From the NCBI GenBank assembly GCA_038249305.1, contig JBBRWI010000001.1, positions 1,172-65,171 of the forward strand: a stretch of DNA of 64,000 nucleotides. The letters are read 5' to 3'. Positions 9,932 to 20,780 of the stretch are shown one piece after another. Position 1 is the stretch's first letter, and every line of letters begins with the position of its first letter. The position numbers and the translations under genes were made by a program. The notes beneath the pieces are model-generated. The model had not been told where the DNA came from. It did no database searches and was given only the letters and a program-made list of their open reading frames with translations. The stretch comes from Acetobacterales bacterium (GTDB lineage Bacteria; Pseudomonadota; Alphaproteobacteria; Acetobacterales; Acetobacteraceae).

Positions 9932-10651
9932 TCAGGCCAGGGGTGCCGCGTCGCGCAGCATCGCCTCGGCGGCCGGCGTCCAGCCCGTGGCGGCATGCAG
10001 CACCAGGCCCGGCAGCACCGCATCCGGCCCGCGCCCGCCGCGCCGGGTTGCCAGGATGACGCGCCGCGCGGCGATGCCCTCGCGCGGCCAGAGCGGGCGC
10101 AGGGTTATGCCGCCACCGCCGGCGGCGCGCAGGGCGGTCGCAGCCTCGGCCCAGCGTGCCGCGGGCAGCACCAGGCTTGCGCTGCCGCCGTGGCGCAGGG
10201 GGGCCAGCAACGCCGCGGACCAGGCCGCCAGCGGCACCTCATCGGCGTGGGTCGCCCCGGCCCGGATCGCGGCCGGCGGCGGTGTGCCGGCGGGCCAATA
10301 GGGCGGGTTGGCGGCGGCGTGGTGGAGCAGCCCCTGGTCGCGCAGCAGCGCCGGGTCGGCGACGTCGCCGCAGACCACCCGCACCCGGTCGGCCCAGCCG
10401 TTGCGCGCGGCATTGTCCGCCGCCAGGGCCGCCAGGCCGGGGTCACGCTCGACCGCCACCACCGACGCCCCGGGCACCCGGGCCAGCAGGCAGAGAAACA
10501 CCGCCCCCGCGCCGCAGCCCGCATCCAGCACCACCTGGCCCGCGCGGGCGGGGATGGCGGCGGCCAGCGCCACCGCGTCCAGCCCCGCCTTCAACCCGCC
10601 CGCGGCCTGGACGATCCGGACCCGCCCGCCGAGCAGGGCGTCGCCGGTCAA
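9932..10651 (-). CDS. SAM-dependent N6-adenine-type methyltransferase (TrmN6/YfiC-like)
   Basis: SAM motif VLDAGCGAGAV and catalytic NPPY (AAANPPYW). Confidence 0.65.
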   Translation of the reverse strand: MTGDALLGGRVRIVQAAGGLKAGLDAVALAAAIPARAGQVVLDAGCGAGAVFLCLLARVPGASVVAVERDPGLAALAADNAARNGWADRVRVVCGDVADPALLRDQGLLHHAAANPPYWPAGTPPPAAIRAGATHADEVPLAAWSAALLAPLRHGGSASLVLPAARWAEAATALRAAGGGGITLRPLWPREGIAARRVILATRRGGRGPDAVLPGLVLHAATGWTPAAEAMLRDAAPLA

Positions 10652-10857
10652 GCGGCCTCCCCAGCCTCACGCAATACACGCAGGGCGGCGTCGTGGTCGT
10701 CGTCGATCACGGCAAGCCGGCGTGGGAAGGCGCCGATGCCGCCCTCCACCGCGCTGATGTGCTGATCGAGCACGATCGCCTCGATTCCCGCATCGCGCAG
10801 CAGCGCCTCCAGGAAGGACAGCCGGACGATGTCCGAACTCGTTGCCAGTACCCGCAT
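10648..10857 (-). CDS. DUF2007-like small protein
   Basis: ATG at 10857 gives MRVLATSSDIVRLSFLEALLRDAGIEAIVLDQH... (about 69 aa). Its stop overlaps the methyltransferase start. Confidence 0.5.
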   Translation of the reverse strand: MRVLATSSDIVRLSFLEALLRDAGIEAIVLDQHISAVEGGIGAFPRRLAVIDDDHDAALRVLREAGEAA

Positions 10858-10967
10858 GAACAGCCGCCACCCTCCAGCCCGCCAAACCCTTGATCCGCCA
10901 ACCTTGCTGGCCCGACGCACGGGACGTATGTTGCATATAGCGCCCCGCACCACATGTTGCGCCACGG

Positions 10968-12020
10968 GTGCCGGGGGCTCAATCGTCGTTGGATACTTTG
11001 CCGCACACATCGCCCGTCGCTGCCTCCCCCGACCCGGGGCGCGAGGATGCGCTGACCCGCCTGTCGAACCTGGTCGCCGCCGACATGCTGGCGACCAACC
11101 GGCTGATCGTGGCCCGCATGGACAGCCCCGTGGCGCTGATCCCGCAACTGGCGGCGCATCTGGTCGCGGCCGGCGGCAAACGGCTGCGGCCGCTGCTGAC
11201 GCTCGCGACCGCCAGGCTTTGCGGCTATGCCGGGGATCGTCAGATCGCGCTGGCCGCCTGCGTCGAGTTCATCCACACAGCGACCCTCCTGCACGATGAC
11301 GTGGTGGATGAAAGCGCGCTGCGCCGTGGCCAGCCTTCGGCCAACGCGCTGTTCGGCAACCAGCCATCGGTGCTGGTCGGCGATTTCCTTTTTGCGCGCG
11401 CCTTCCAGATCCTGGTCGAGGACGGCAACCTCGATGTGTTGCGCATCCTGTCGGCCGCCGCGGCGACGCTGGCCGAGGGCGAGGTGCTGCAACTCGTCAC
11501 CCAGAACGATCTTGCGACGACCGAGGCGCAATACCTGGCGGTGGTCGAAGGCAAGACCGCGGCCCTGTTCTCCGCCGCCGCCGAGATCGGCGCGGTGGTG
11601 GCCGGCCGGTCGGCGGCCGACCAGGCGGGGTTGCGCGAATACGGCCGGTCGCTGGGTGTCGCATTCCAGCTTGTGGACGACGCGCTGGACTACGCCGCCG
11701 AACAGGATGTGCTGGGCAAGACGGTCGGCGACGACTTCCGCGAGGGCAAGATCACCCTGCCGGTGCTGATCGCGCTCGCCGCGGCCGACGTGTCGGAACG
11801 CGCCTTTTGGGAACGGACCCTGGAACGCCAGGAGCAGGCCGACGGTGATTTCGCGCAGGCCCAGCAGATCCTGGCACGGCACGATGCGGTCGGACTGACG
11901 ATCCAACGCGCGCGGGCGTATGGCCGGGTGGCGGTGCGGGCGCTGGCGCCGTTTCCGGATGGGCCGATCCGCCAGGCGCTGGCCGATACGGTGGCTTTTG
12001 CGGTGGAGCGGGCGCGATAG
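10968..12020 (+). CDS. ispB: Polyprenyl (octaprenyl) diphosphate synthase
   Basis: Both Asp-rich motifs are present (LLHDDVVDES and QLVDDALDY). The exact start is uncertain. Confidence 0.85.
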   Translation: MPGAQSSLDTLPHTSPVAASPDPGREDALTRLSNLVAADMLATNRLIVARMDSPVALIPQLAAHLVAAGGKRLRPLLTLATARLCGYAGDRQIALAACVEFIHTATLLHDDVVDESALRRGQPSANALFGNQPSVLVGDFLFARAFQILVEDGNLDVLRILSAAAATLAEGEVLQLVTQNDLATTEAQYLAVVEGKTAALFSAAAEIGAVVAGRSAADQAGLREYGRSLGVAFQLVDDALDYAAEQDVLGKTVGDDFREGKITLPVLIALAAADVSERAFWERTLERQEQADGDFAQAQQILARHDAVGLTIQRARAYGRVAVRALAPFPDGPIRQALADTVAFAVERAR

Positions 12021-12416
12021 CCCGCAGCAGCCCCGCAGCAGCAGGTCGAAGGATAAGCAGCGGGGCATGGCGCGGGCGGGGACGACCGACAGCGCTGGCT
12101 ACATACCCGCCGAGGCCCCGCCCGATGCACCCCGCCGCACCGTGCAACGGCGTCGCCTCGCGCGATGCGCGGCCCCGGCTGCCCCGCACCTATCGACCGG
12201 GTTCTGACCTTCAGGGAGAAACGGGCGTTCGCCCGAGCGAGGTTGGCCGATCCCTGGAATGCCAGCCTGGGCGTGGTTTTGCGGCGTTGGCCCGGCGCCG
12301 GGTGGGGCGCGACGATCCCGGTCGAGCGTTGACCGCCCCGCGGTAGCGCCCCAGATGCATGCAGCGCGTATTGGAACGCCCTGGGATCACCCCACCGTGG
12401 CGCGCCGGAAGCATGC

Positions 12417-13619
12417 ATGTTCGACCGCAAGATCGCCATCGAGCCCGCAGCGCGGGCATCTGCCGCCCCCTCACCCGTAGCCGCCCCTCGGCGGCGGTGG
12501 GGTTGGCTTGTGGCCGGCGTGGTTGCGGCGGCCGTACTGGTGGCCACGATCCTGGCCGGCGGCTTCCTGCCGCCCTGGTCCGGCGCCGCGCCCCCGGTAC
12601 CCGAGGCGACCCGCATCCGGCCGCCAGTGCCCGTGCTGACCGTGGCGCTGGGCGCGGCGGTGACGCGACCGGTGGTGACGACGGTGACGGGCGACGGCTC
12701 CGTGGTGGCATGGCAGGAACTGGTGGTGGGCGCCGAGATCGGCGGTCTGCGGCTGGTGGAGGCACCGGTTGAGGAAGGCCAGGCGGTCCGAGCCGGAGAC
12801 CTTCTGGCGCGGCTGGATGACAGAGTGCTGCGCGCCCAGGCCGCGCAGGCGGAAGCCGCCATCCTGGAAGCCGACGCGGCAAGGGACCTCGCGGCCGCCG
12901 ACCTCGCGCGGTCCGAACAGTTGGTGCGCAGCCAGAGCGCCTCGGTCCAGGTCACGGAACAGCGCCGCGCCGCGGCGCTACAGGCCGAAGCGCGCCTGGC
13001 TGCCGCCCGGGCCCGGCGCGACGAAGTGGTGGCGCGGCTGGCGCAGACCCGCATCCTGGCGCCCACCGATGGCATAATCGCCAAGGTCAGCGCCCGCATC
13101 GGTTCGGTGTCCGCCATGGGACAGGAAATGTTCCGCATCCTGCGCGACGGCCGCCTGGAGCTGGATGCCCGGGTGCCCGAACTCGACCTGCCCGGGGTCC
13201 AGCCGGGCCAGGCGGTCACGGTGCGGCACGGCGACCGCATCATCCAGGCCGAGGTCCGCGCCATCGCCCCGGTCGTGGCGCCGGAGACCCGGCTCGGGGT
13301 CGTGCATGTCGCACTGCCACCGGGCTCGGTATTGCGCCCGGGGATGTTCGCGCGGGCCGAGATCGTGGGTGCGGTGCGGCAGGCCGTGGTGGTGCCGGCC
13401 GGCGCGGTGGTGTTCCGCGACGGCGCCTCGCGCGTTTTCGTGCTGCCTGAAGGCGAGGACCGCGTGCGGCTTCGCCGTCTGACGACTGGCCTGCGCGATG
13501 ACGGGATGGTGCAGGTCACCGACGGGCTGCAGCCGGGTGAGCGGGTCGTGGTGGTCGGTGCCGGCTTCCTGGCCGATGGCGACCTGGTGCGCGTCGCCCC
13601 CGCCGTGGCGACCCCATGA
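12417..13619 (+). CDS. RND efflux periplasmic adaptor (MFP)
   Basis: N-terminal membrane anchor, coiled-coil region, and barrel/MP blocks (ILAPTDGIIAKV, RPGMFARAEI). The stop overlaps the RND pump start. Confidence 0.85.
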   Translation: MFDRKIAIEPAARASAAPSPVAAPRRRWGWLVAGVVAAAVLVATILAGGFLPPWSGAAPPVPEATRIRPPVPVLTVALGAAVTRPVVTTVTGDGSVVAWQELVVGAEIGGLRLVEAPVEEGQAVRAGDLLARLDDRVLRAQAAQAEAAILEADAARDLAAADLARSEQLVRSQSASVQVTEQRRAAALQAEARLAAARARRDEVVARLAQTRILAPTDGIIAKVSARIGSVSAMGQEMFRILRDGRLELDARVPELDLPGVQPGQAVTVRHGDRIIQAEVRAIAPVVAPETRLGVVHVALPPGSVLRPGMFARAEIVGAVRQAVVVPAGAVVFRDGASRVFVLPEGEDRVRLRRLTTGLRDDGMVQVTDGLQPGERVVVVGAGFLADGDLVRVAPAVATP

Positions 13620-16600
13620 CCATCGAGGACAAGCACCGCAACATCTCCGGCTGGGCGATCCGCAATCCGGTCGCGACATCCGTGCTGTTCCTGCTGCTGA
13701 CGATCGCCGGGCTGTTCGCCTATCCGATGCTGCGGATCAACAACAGCCCGGACATCGACCTGCCCGCCGTGGTCGTGTCCGTCGTGCAGTCCGGCGCAGC
13801 CCCTTCGGAACTGGAAAGCCAGGTGACGCGGCGGGTGGAGGATGCGGTCTCCGGCCTGGGTGACGTCAAGCACATCACCTCCACAATCACCGATGGCAGT
13901 TCGACCACCGTCATCGAGTTCGCGCTCGGCAAGAACATCGACCGCGCAACCAACGACGTGCGCGACAAGATCGCGCAGATCCGCAGCGACCTGCCCGCCG
14001 CGATCCGCGACCCGGTGATCACGCGGGTGGAGGCGACCGGTGGTGCCATCGTCACCTTCACCGTGGCCTCGCCGCGGATGACGGTGGCGGAGCTGAGCTG
14101 GTTCGTCGAAGACACCATCGCCAAGTCCATGCTGTCGGTTTCGGGCGTCGCGCAGGTCAACCGCATCGGCGGCGTGGCACGGGAAATCCGCGTGGCGCTG
14201 CGGCCGGACCGGCTGCTGGCGCTCGGCATCACCGCCAACCAGGTCAACGCCCAACTGCGCGAGCAGAACATCAACCTGCCCGGCGGGCGCGGCACGATCG
14301 GCGCCGGGGAGCAGACCATACGCACCCTCGGCTCGGCCACCAGCGTGGCAGGCCTGCGCGAGCGTCCCATCATCCTGCCGAATGGACGCACCGCACGCCT
14401 GGGCGAGCTGGCGGAGGTGGAGGATGGCACCGCCGAGGTCCGCACCTCCGCCCTGCTGGATGGCCGCCCCGTCGTCGCCTTCGAAATCCTGCGCACCCGC
14501 GATTCCTCCGAAGTGCGGGTCGCCGAGGGCGCCATGGCGCGCGCGCAGGCGATCATGGCGGCGCATCCGGGGGTGGAGATCACCGCCGTCAGCTCCACCG
14601 TCACTTTCGTGCTGGCCGGCTACCATGCGGCGGTCGAGGCGCTGGCGATCGGCGCTGGTCTTGCGATGTTGGTGGTCTACCTGTTCCTGCGCGACTGGCG
14701 GGCCACGTTCATCGCCTCCATCGCCATGCCGTTGTCGCTGATCCCGACCTTCTTCGTCATGCAGATGCTCGGCTTCTCGCTGAACAACGTGACGCTGCTG
14801 GGCCTCACGCTGGTGGTGGGCGTGCTGGTGGACGATGCGATCGTCGAGATCGAGAACATCGTCCGCCACATCCGCAAATCTCCGGGCATCAGCGTCTACC
14901 GCGCGGCGCTCGATGCCTCCTCCGAGATCGGCCTCGCGGTGGTGGCGACGACGGCGACCATTCTGGCGGTGTTCGTGCCGGTGGCCTTCATGCCGGGCAT
15001 CCCCGGCCAGTTCTTTCGGCAGTTCGGCCTGACCGTGGCCGCGGCCGTCGCCTTTTCCCTGGTCGTCGCCCGGCTGCTGACGCCGCTGCTCGGCGCGTAT
15101 CTGCTGAAGCCGCATGATGCGCCGCCGCGGCCGGATGGCGCCATGGTGCGCGGCTACATGGCGACGTTGGGCTGGTGCCTGCGGCACCGCCGGACGACGC
15201 TGGCCGGCGGCGTCTGCTTCTTTGCCTTGTCGCTGGCCCTGGTGCCGTACATCCCGCGGGATTTCGTGCCCGGTGCCGACCGCGGTCGCGCCTCCATCGC
15301 CATCGAGTTGTCGCCCGGTGCCACCTTGTCGAACACGGAATCGTTGGTGCAGCAGGCGACGCGCATCCTCCAGGCACGGCCCGAAGTCGTCTCCGTCTTC
15401 GCCAGCATGGGCACCCAGACCGGCGGCGGCGGTGGGCCGGGCCTCGGCACCACGACGCGGGCCGGAGATCCGCGCACCGCGAACCTGCTGGTGACGCTGG
15501 TGCCACGCACCGAGCGACGGCTGACCCAGACGGAGTTCGAGAGCTCCGTCCGCCCGGCGCTTGAGCAACTGCCCGGCGCCCGGGTGCGCTTCGGCGCCGA
15601 TGGCCAGAGCGGTTCACGCCTGCAGGTCACGCTGGTCGGCAATGACAGCGTGGCGCTGACCGAGGCGTCGCGCAGGCTGGAGGAGCAGATGCGCGGCGTG
15701 CCCGGCCTGTCCGGGGCCCGCTCCACCGCCTCCCTCGACCGGCCTGAGTTGCAGATCCTGCCGCGGGAGGCGCGGGCGGCCGAGCTTGGCGTCTCGGTCA
15801 GCGCCATCGCCGCGACGGCACGGCTGGCCACCATAGGCGATGTGGACCAGGCGCTGGCGCGCTTCACCCTGCCCGACCGGCAGATCCCGATCCGCGTCAT
15901 GCTCGACCAGCGCGCGCGCAGCGACATCTCCGCACTGCAGTCCCTGCGGGTCGAGGGTCGCGCCGGCAGAGCGGTGCCGCTGGAGACGGTCGCGGAAATC
16001 CGGCACGGCTCCGGCCCTGCGCAGATCAACCGCCTGGACCGGCTGCGTCGCGCGACGGTGGAGGCGGAACTGAACGGCATGCCGCTCGGCGACGCCGCAA
16101 AGCTGATCGCCGCGCTGCCCGTCATGCATGATCTGCCGGCGGGGGTGCGCGAATTGTCCGTCGGCGACAAGGAGATCATGGCGGAGTTGTTCGGCGGCTT
16201 CCTGATGGCCCTCGGGGCCGGGGTCCTGCTGGTCTACCTCGTGCTGGTGCTGCTGTTCGGCGGCTTCCTGCAACCGCTGACCATCATGAGCGCGCTGCCG
16301 CTGTCGCTTGGCGGAGCGCTGATGGCGCTGCTGCTGGCGCAGAAGTCGCTCGGCGTCTCGGCGGTGATCGGCGTGCTGATGCTGATGGGCATCGTGGCCA
16401 AGAACTCCATCCTGCTGGTCGAATACGCCATCATGATGCGTGCCGAGGGCGCGGGGCGGGTCGAGGCCATCATGGAGGCCGCGCACCAGCGGTCCCGGCC
16501 GATCGTGATGACCACCATCGCCATGGTCGCCGGGATGCTGCACATCGCGCTGGGCATCGGCGCCGACAGCGAGTTCCGGTCACCGATGGCGCTCGTCGTC

Positions 16601-16738
16601 ATCGGCGGGCTGATCACCTCGACCCTGCTCAGCCTGATTTTCGTGCCTGTCGCCTACATTTATGTGGACCGCGCGGAAAGCTGGATTGCCCGGCGGTTCC
16701 GGCCACGGGCCGCGCCGGCACCCGCAGCGGCTGAGTAG
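13616..16738 (+). CDS. RND efflux permease (AcrB/HAE1-like)
   Basis: 1040 aa with a 12-TM pattern and two large periplasmic loops. Conserved [15 protein letters not shown] motif. Confidence 0.9.
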   Translation: MTIEDKHRNISGWAIRNPVATSVLFLLLTIAGLFAYPMLRINNSPDIDLPAVVVSVVQSGAAPSELESQVTRRVEDAVSGLGDVKHITSTITDGSSTTVIEFALGKNIDRATNDVRDKIAQIRSDLPAAIRDPVITRVEATGGAIVTFTVASPRMTVAELSWFVEDTIAKSMLSVSGVAQVNRIGGVAREIRVALRPDRLLALGITANQVNAQLREQNINLPGGRGTIGAGEQTIRTLGSATSVAGLRERPIILPNGRTARLGELAEVEDGTAEVRTSALLDGRPVVAFEILRTRDSSEVRVAEGAMARAQAIMAAHPGVEITAVSSTVTFVLAGYHAAVEALAIGAGLAMLVVYLFLRDWRATFIASIAMPLSLIPTFFVMQMLGFSLNNVTLLGLTLVVGVLVDDAIVEIENIVRHIRKSPGISVYRAALDASSEIGLAVVATTATILAVFVPVAFMPGIPGQFFRQFGLTVAAAVAFSLVVARLLTPLLGAYLLKPHDAPPRPDGAMVRGYMATLGWCLRHRRTTLAGGVCFFALSLALVPYIPRDFVPGADRGRASIAIELSPGATLSNTESLVQQATRILQARPEVVSVFASMGTQTGGGGGPGLGTTTRAGDPRTANLLVTLVPRTERRLTQTEFESSVRPALEQLPGARVRFGADGQSGSRLQVTLVGNDSVALTEASRRLEEQMRGVPGLSGARSTASLDRPELQILPREARAAELGVSVSAIAATARLATIGDVDQALARFTLPDRQIPIRVMLDQRARSDISALQSLRVEGRAGRAVPLETVAEIRHGSGPAQINRLDRLRRATVEAELNGMPLGDAAKLIAALPVMHDLPAGVRELSVGDKEIMAELFGGFLMALGAGVLLVYLVLVLLFGGFLQPLTIMSALPLSLGGALMALLLAQKSLGVSAVIGVLMLMGIVAKNSILLVEYAIMMRAEGAGRVEAIMEAAHQRSRPIVMTTIAMVAGMLHIALGIGADSEFRSPMALVVIGGLITSTLLSLIFVPVAYIYVDRAESWIARRFRPRAAPAPAAAE

Positions 16739-16979
16739 GCGGGCAGGAGGCAGCGACGGTACGATCCAAGCCACCGCGGAACCATCCGACGCCCCAAAAT
16801 TTCTGGTGATCGGCGATGATCGGGCAATCCGGTGGCACCTGGCTCCTCAGCTTTTCCGCCGACTCCCGGGTGATCAGACCCGGTGCTCATGCCCATCGCG
16901 CGCAGGGCATATCTGCGGCCTCGTCGCGTGACCTACCGCGCCGGCCGAGCTTTCGGCCCGCCGAAACGGCCCCTTGGCA

Positions 16980-19016
16980 TCAGCCGCGGGTCAGCAGAAC
17001 CGCGCCGCGCGGCAGCACCTCGGCCGTCCAGCCGGGCGTGACCAACGTGGTGGCATCCAACTGCGTGACGATGGCGGGCCCGGCGAAGCGGTCGCCGCTG
17101 CCGAGGCTGGCGCGATCATACAGCGCGGCCTGTTCCGGCCCTGCCTCGAAATGCACGGTCCGGGTGCCGATCGGCCGGGCGCCGACCCCCGCGGCAAGCG
17201 CCGGCGCCGGGTTTGGCGGCAGCGCCCCGACGGCTTCCAGCCGAAGGGTGACGATCTCCGCCCGGCCTTCCGGCAGGTCGAAGCCATAGAGGGCGCGATG
17301 GGCGGCAGCAAAATCGGCAGCGGCGTCCTGGCCGCGCCAGGCTATCGGCAGTTCGGCGCCCTGCCCGGCATAACGCATCAGCACGGTGCGCGCGGTGCTG
17401 CGGGCCTCGGGCGCGACACTTTCCTCCATGAACCAGGCCGCTGCCTCGGCTTCCAGCGCGACGAAGACCGCATCGATCAGCGCAGGGTCGCCAGCCTGCG
17501 CCGGCAGGATGGAGCGGCTGAACTCGGCGCGCATGTCGGCCGACAGTAGCCCCTGCGCGCACAGCACGCCCGGCGCGGGCGGCACCAGCACCCACGTGAT
17601 GCCGAGCATTGCCGCCAGCGCGCAGCCATGCAGCGGGCCGGCGCCACCGAAGGGCACCAGGGCGAAATCGCGCGGGTCGTGCCCGCGCTCCACCGACACC
17701 ACGCGCAGCGCGCCGACCATGTTGGAATCGACCACGGCGAGGATTCCCCGCGCCGCCTCATACAGGCCAAGGCCGAGCGGCGCCGCGACCTCGCGCTGCA
17801 CGGCCTCGGCCGCCGCCGCCACATCCAACGCCATGCGGCCGCCAAGCAGCGCCGCCGGCAGATTTCCGAGCACCACATGCGCATCCGTCACCGTGGCGCG
17901 CGTGCCGCCGCGTCCGTAGCAGGCGGGGCCGGGATGTGCGCCGGCGCTTTCCGGGCCGACGGCGAGCGCGCCTTCGCGGGTGACGCGCGCCAGCGACCCG
18001 CCGCCGGCGCCGATCGTCACCATGTCCATCATCGGCAGCGGCAGCGGCCAGTCGCCGACCGCGCCGCGCTGCGTCAGTTGCAGCACGCCGCCGCGCATCA
18101 GGCAGATATCCGCGCTGGTGCCGCCGATATCGACGGTGAGGATGTTCGGCACGCCGGCCGCTTCCGCCATGGCGCGCGCGCCGACCACGCCCGCCGCGGG
18201 GCCAGACAGCGCCGTCACGGCCGGCGCGCGGCGGATGGAGGCAGCACCCGCCACGCCGCCATTCGACTTCATCAGCAACAACGGCGCGGCGATGCCGGCC
18301 TCGACGAGCCGTTCCTCCAGCCGCGCGACATAGGTGGAGACTGCCGGCATGACCTGCGCGTTCAGGATGGCGGCGAGCGAGCGTTCATATTCGCGCACCA
18401 CCGGCAGCACATCGACCGAGGCCGTGATCGCCACACCCGGCAGCGCGGCGCGCAGCAGTGCCGCCACGCGCTGCTCATGCGCCGGCACGGTGAAGGCGTG
18501 CAGCAGGCAGATGGCGATGGCTGTCACACCGCTTTCGCGGCAGGCCTCGGCGGCGGCCAGCACGCTCGCTTCGTCGAGCGGGGTGAGAACAGTGCCATCC
18601 GCGCCGATGCGTTCCTGCACCTCGAACACGCGGGATGGCGGCACGGGGCGCGCGGGCTTCACCCAGGCATGCAGGTTGGCGCGGCGCGGGATGTCCTGGC
18701 GGCCGATCTCCAGCACGTGCCGAAAGCCGGCCGTGGTGATCAGCGCGGTGCGCGCGCCCTTGTTCTCCAGAATCAGGTTGGTGGCGATGGTGGTGCCGTG
18801 CAGCACGCGGCCGATGCGCGACGCGCTCTGCGCCGCCCCATCGAGCGCGAGGCGCACGCCGGTGAGGAAGGCGATCGAGGGATCATGCGGCGTGGACGGC
18901 GTCTTGGCCGTCCAGGCGCGGCCCGTTTCGGAATCCTGCAAGGTGATGTCGGTGAAGGTGCCGCCGATATCGACCGCGACCGATAGTGGCCGCGCGTCAG
19001 TCGAGGACATCGGCAT
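16980..19016 (-). CDS. hyuA: Hydantoinase/oxoprolinase family, A subunit
   Basis: N-terminal AVDIGGTFTD and a second ATPase block TVDIGGTSADI. 678 aa. Confidence 0.85.
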   Translation of the reverse strand: MPMSSTDARPLSVAVDIGGTFTDITLQDSETGRAWTAKTPSTPHDPSIAFLTGVRLALDGAAQSASRIGRVLHGTTIATNLILENKGARTALITTAGFRHVLEIGRQDIPRRANLHAWVKPARPVPPSRVFEVQERIGADGTVLTPLDEASVLAAAEACRESGVTAIAICLLHAFTVPAHEQRVAALLRAALPGVAITASVDVLPVVREYERSLAAILNAQVMPAVSTYVARLEERLVEAGIAAPLLLMKSNGGVAGAASIRRAPAVTALSGPAAGVVGARAMAEAAGVPNILTVDIGGTSADICLMRGGVLQLTQRGAVGDWPLPLPMMDMVTIGAGGGSLARVTREGALAVGPESAGAHPGPACYGRGGTRATVTDAHVVLGNLPAALLGGRMALDVAAAAEAVQREVAAPLGLGLYEAARGILAVVDSNMVGALRVVSVERGHDPRDFALVPFGGAGPLHGCALAAMLGITWVLVPPAPGVLCAQGLLSADMRAEFSRSILPAQAGDPALIDAVFVALEAEAAAWFMEESVAPEARSTARTVLMRYAGQGAELPIAWRGQDAAADFAAAHRALYGFDLPEGRAEIVTLRLEAVGALPPNPAPALAAGVGARPIGTRTVHFEAGPEQAALYDRASLGSGDRFAGPAIVTQLDATTLVTPGWTAEVLPRGAVLLTRG

Positions 19017-20769
19017 AGCTCCCGCGATGGAAAGCGCGCGTCACGGGGCGCGTGGCCCGGAGGGCGGCGGTGGCGGCGGCATCGACGCTGCGGCCCGCGA
19101 CCACCACGCCGTAGTCGCGCGCAGCGGCGGGGGCGCTGACCAGGCCGCCAAGCACGTCTTCCAGCACGGCCTCGCCGGGGCGGTCGAAGGGATGGCCGCG
19201 CCCGCCGCCGCCGCCCGTCTCGATCCGCAGGATATCGCCGCGCACCAGACGGTTGCCGTCCGAGAGCGGGCGCAGGGTGCGTTCCTGCGGCGTGCCGGGG
19301 TTCAGCATCACCCGGCCCGGCCGGCCGGATTGCCCGCCGGCGGCGCCCCAGGGCGGGTTCTCCACGCCGTCGAGACGCACGGCGAGGATGGATTCCTCGG
19401 CCATGATCTCGTATTCGCGAATGATGCCGCAGCCGCCGCGCCAGCGCCCCGGCCCGCCGCTGTCGCGATGCAGGCCGTAATGGCGCAGCCGTATCGGGTA
19501 TTCGAGTTCGAGGAACTCGATCGGGTAGTTTTCCTGCGCGACGAAATACACGCCGTCGATGCCATCCGCGAAGCCGCGCGCGCCATAGCCGACGCCGAGG
19601 CCGTCGCTCATCAGGAAGGGCTTCCCGCCGATCGTGCCGCGCAGCAGCATGATGACATAGGCCGCATGCGCCGCCGGCGCCTCGCCGCCCGCGACCGAGA
19701 CCAGCCCGTTCAGCGCCGCCAGCATGCGCATCATGGTCAGCCCGCGCATGCCAAGGGCTGCGGGAAAGCGCGGCGCGAGCAACGATCCCTCGCGCAGCAG
19801 AACGTCATCCAGCGCGCGCGGCCCACCGGCATTCACCACCTGCGTCGGATCACCGCCGAGGAAATACAGGCCGAGCGCCATGCCGGGCACGTCGCGGTTC
19901 ATCAGGAAGTTGACCGGGCCGGGCGATTGATCGTCGGTCTGGGTCGTATCCAGGATGAAGCGGTCGTCGGCCGTGCGGGTCAGCGCGAGACGCAGCCGCA
20001 GGGTGCCGCTGCCATGGCCATCGCCATCGATCCGGTCGGTGAAGCGATGCGTGCCGATGGCGAAGGTTTCCATCAGCCGCGCCCGCACCGTCTCCAGCGT
20101 GCGGGCGAGCAACCGGCGCAGCGCATCCGCCAGCACCGGCGCCCCGAAGCGCTCGGCGATTTCGCGCATGCGCAGCACGCCGAGATCGACGCTGGCCATC
20201 AACGCCCGTGCATCGCCCTGCGCGAGCTTCGGGTAGCGCGAGTTGCGATAGAAGATCGCCAGCGCCGCCTCGTTCAGCACGCCCGCCGCGATCAGCCGCG
20301 TCGGCGGGATGATGACGCCCTCATGGAAGATCTCGGTGGCGTCGGGGCTGATGGAGCCGGGGCGCAGCCCGCCGATATCGGCGAAATGCGCCCAGCCCAT
20401 GACAAAGGCCACGCGCGCGCCATCGAGGAAAACCGGTGCGAGAAAAACCTGGTCGTTGGAATGGCTGACCGCACCCTTCGAGCCGTAGCAGTCATTGTAC
20501 CAATAAAGGTCGCCTTGCTGCATCGAATCCTTCGGGAAATGCGCGAAGACCGGCCCGCAGATATCGCCGAACACCGGCACATTCGAGCCGACGGCCATGA
20601 CGCCCTCGGCATCGAACAGCGCGGTATAGAAATCCTTCTTCTCGCGGATGAAGGCAGACATGGCCGTGCGCTCGATCAGCGCCTCCATCTCCGCCTGCGC
20701 GGCGCGGATGGCGCCGCGCACGATCTCGAGCGTGACGGGGTTGCAGATCGCAGCCGGTAGAACATCCAT
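18997..20769 (-). CDS. hyuB: Hydantoinase/oxoprolinase family, B subunit
   Basis: 590 aa. N-terminal PVTLEIVRGAIRAAQAEMEALIERTAMSAFIREKKDF is typical of HyuB. Overlaps hyuA by 20 nt. Confidence 0.85.
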   Translation of the reverse strand: MDVLPAAICNPVTLEIVRGAIRAAQAEMEALIERTAMSAFIREKKDFYTALFDAEGVMAVGSNVPVFGDICGPVFAHFPKDSMQQGDLYWYNDCYGSKGAVSHSNDQVFLAPVFLDGARVAFVMGWAHFADIGGLRPGSISPDATEIFHEGVIIPPTRLIAAGVLNEAALAIFYRNSRYPKLAQGDARALMASVDLGVLRMREIAERFGAPVLADALRRLLARTLETVRARLMETFAIGTHRFTDRIDGDGHGSGTLRLRLALTRTADDRFILDTTQTDDQSPGPVNFLMNRDVPGMALGLYFLGGDPTQVVNAGGPRALDDVLLREGSLLAPRFPAALGMRGLTMMRMLAALNGLVSVAGGEAPAAHAAYVIMLLRGTIGGKPFLMSDGLGVGYGARGFADGIDGVYFVAQENYPIEFLELEYPIRLRHYGLHRDSGGPGRWRGGCGIIREYEIMAEESILAVRLDGVENPPWGAAGGQSGRPGRVMLNPGTPQERTLRPLSDGNRLVRGDILRIETGGGGGRGHPFDRPGEAVLEDVLGGLVSAPAAARDYGVVVAGRSVDAAATAALRATRPVTRAFHRGSYADVLD

Positions 20770-20780
20770 CCTTGCCTCCG

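Noticed and set aside
11690-15568. Very long ORFs in the track: 11690..15568 (1292 aa), the 5' two-thirds of 24621..28274, 18334..20760, 40770..43523, 49858..51981, 62044..63984 and similar.
   Set aside because: All lie antisense to, or out of frame with, genes that have clear family motifs (RND pump, M28 peptidase, hyuB, valS, phnG-J, yidC). Their translations are Arg/Gly/Pro/Ala-rich low-complexity text, which is typical of stop-codon-poor off-frames at ~70% GC.
16786-16931. The short translation KFLVIGDDRAIRWHL resembles the start of a response-regulator receiver domain. It lies in the gap between the RND pump and hyuA.
   Set aside because: The match covers only about 12 residues, with no continuation in any frame that I could follow. 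This is insufficient to call a gene remnant.
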